Below, piece after piece: positions 16,154 through 16,533 of a stretch of 16,533 bases of DNA. The DNA is taken from positions 1-16,533 of the forward strand of contig JBHLNS010000063.1 in the NCBI GenBank assembly GCA_048941285.1. The letters run 5' to 3'. Position 1 is the first letter of the stretch. Each line of letters starts with the position of its first letter. The stretch is from Promethearchaeota archaeon. GTDB taxonomy: Archaea; Asgardarchaeota; Lokiarchaeia; Sigyniarchaeales; SOKP01. The notes beneath the pieces were generated by a model, which was given only the letters and a program-made list of their open reading frames with translations, was not told the origin of the DNA and made no database searches. The position numbers were made by a program, and so were the translations under genes.

Positions 16154-16164
16154 ATTATAAACGC

Positions 16165-16533
16165 TCACATTATCTCTATTTGGGCGCCTAATTCTTTTAA
16201 ATCTTCAAAAAAAGTAGGATAAGAATCTTCTACAATTTCACTTTTTTTTATGTATGAACTTGAATTTGCATATAAAGCTGCTATAGTACATGCCATAGCA
16301 ATTCTATGATCATTATTATGATTTATTGTAATTCCTTTGAGTCTATCACAATGGAAAATTGTTAATTTATCATGTTCTTCAATAACTTTAACACCCATGT
16401 TCTTTAATTCTCTAGCCATTGTGGTTATTCTATCGGTTTCTTTTAAACGTACATTTGATGCATTATAAAGAATGGTTTTTCCCTTAGCAAAAGCACCGAC
16501 AACAGATAATATTGGAAACAAATCGGGAATATC
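16165..16533 (-). CDS. aroA: 3-phosphoshikimate 1-carboxyvinyltransferase (EPSP synthase), C-terminal part, cut by the window edge
   Basis: The frame is open to the window end (DIPDLFPILS...) and contains RLKETDRI, DHRIAMA and SYPTFF. Confidence 0.93.
   Translation of the reverse strand, partial: DIPDLFPILSVVGAFAKGKTILYNASNVRLKETDRITTMARELKNMGVKVIEEHDKLTIFHCDRLKGITINHNNDHRIAMACTIAALYANSSSYIKKSEIVEDSYPTFFEDLKELGAQIEIM

Noticed and set aside
1-16533. tRNA/rRNA genes, CRISPR arrays, transposases or integrases
   Set aside because: All intergenic gaps are short and very AT-rich, with no cloverleaf, repeat-spacer pattern or mobile-element ORFs.

Overview
AT-rich archaeal chromosomal window, most likely from an Asgard archaeon (Lokiarchaeia/Promethearchaeota-like). 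This is inferred from the archaeal information-processing genes, the low GC and three Ras-superfamily-fold proteins within about 9.5 kb. The housekeeping genes are GTP-dependent PEP carboxykinase, a divergent thermosome subunit, an Lrp/AsnC regulator, TrpRS, YjbQ, a Trbp111/MetRS-C-like tRNA-binding protein, TrmI, an archaeal coiled-coil protein, GlyA, rpoD-rpl18e-rpl13-rps9 and the 3' part of aroA, plus two hypothetical ORFs. No rRNA, tRNA, CRISPR array or mobile element was seen. Three small-GTPase-fold genes stand out. The first is an MglA/conservon-like GTPase fused to a winged HTH, with a natural Q-to-L switch-II change, an apparently non-canonical ATA start and an upstream 23-bp direct repeat. 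The second is an Arf/Rag-hybrid GTPase with a roadblock-like C-terminal domain. The third is a Rab-like pseudo-GTPase with a 4-Cys C-terminal domain. A TrpRS with altered HIGH/KMSKS motifs and a Cys3His version of the Fe-S motif is also notable. All calls come from motif reading by eye; no searches were run.
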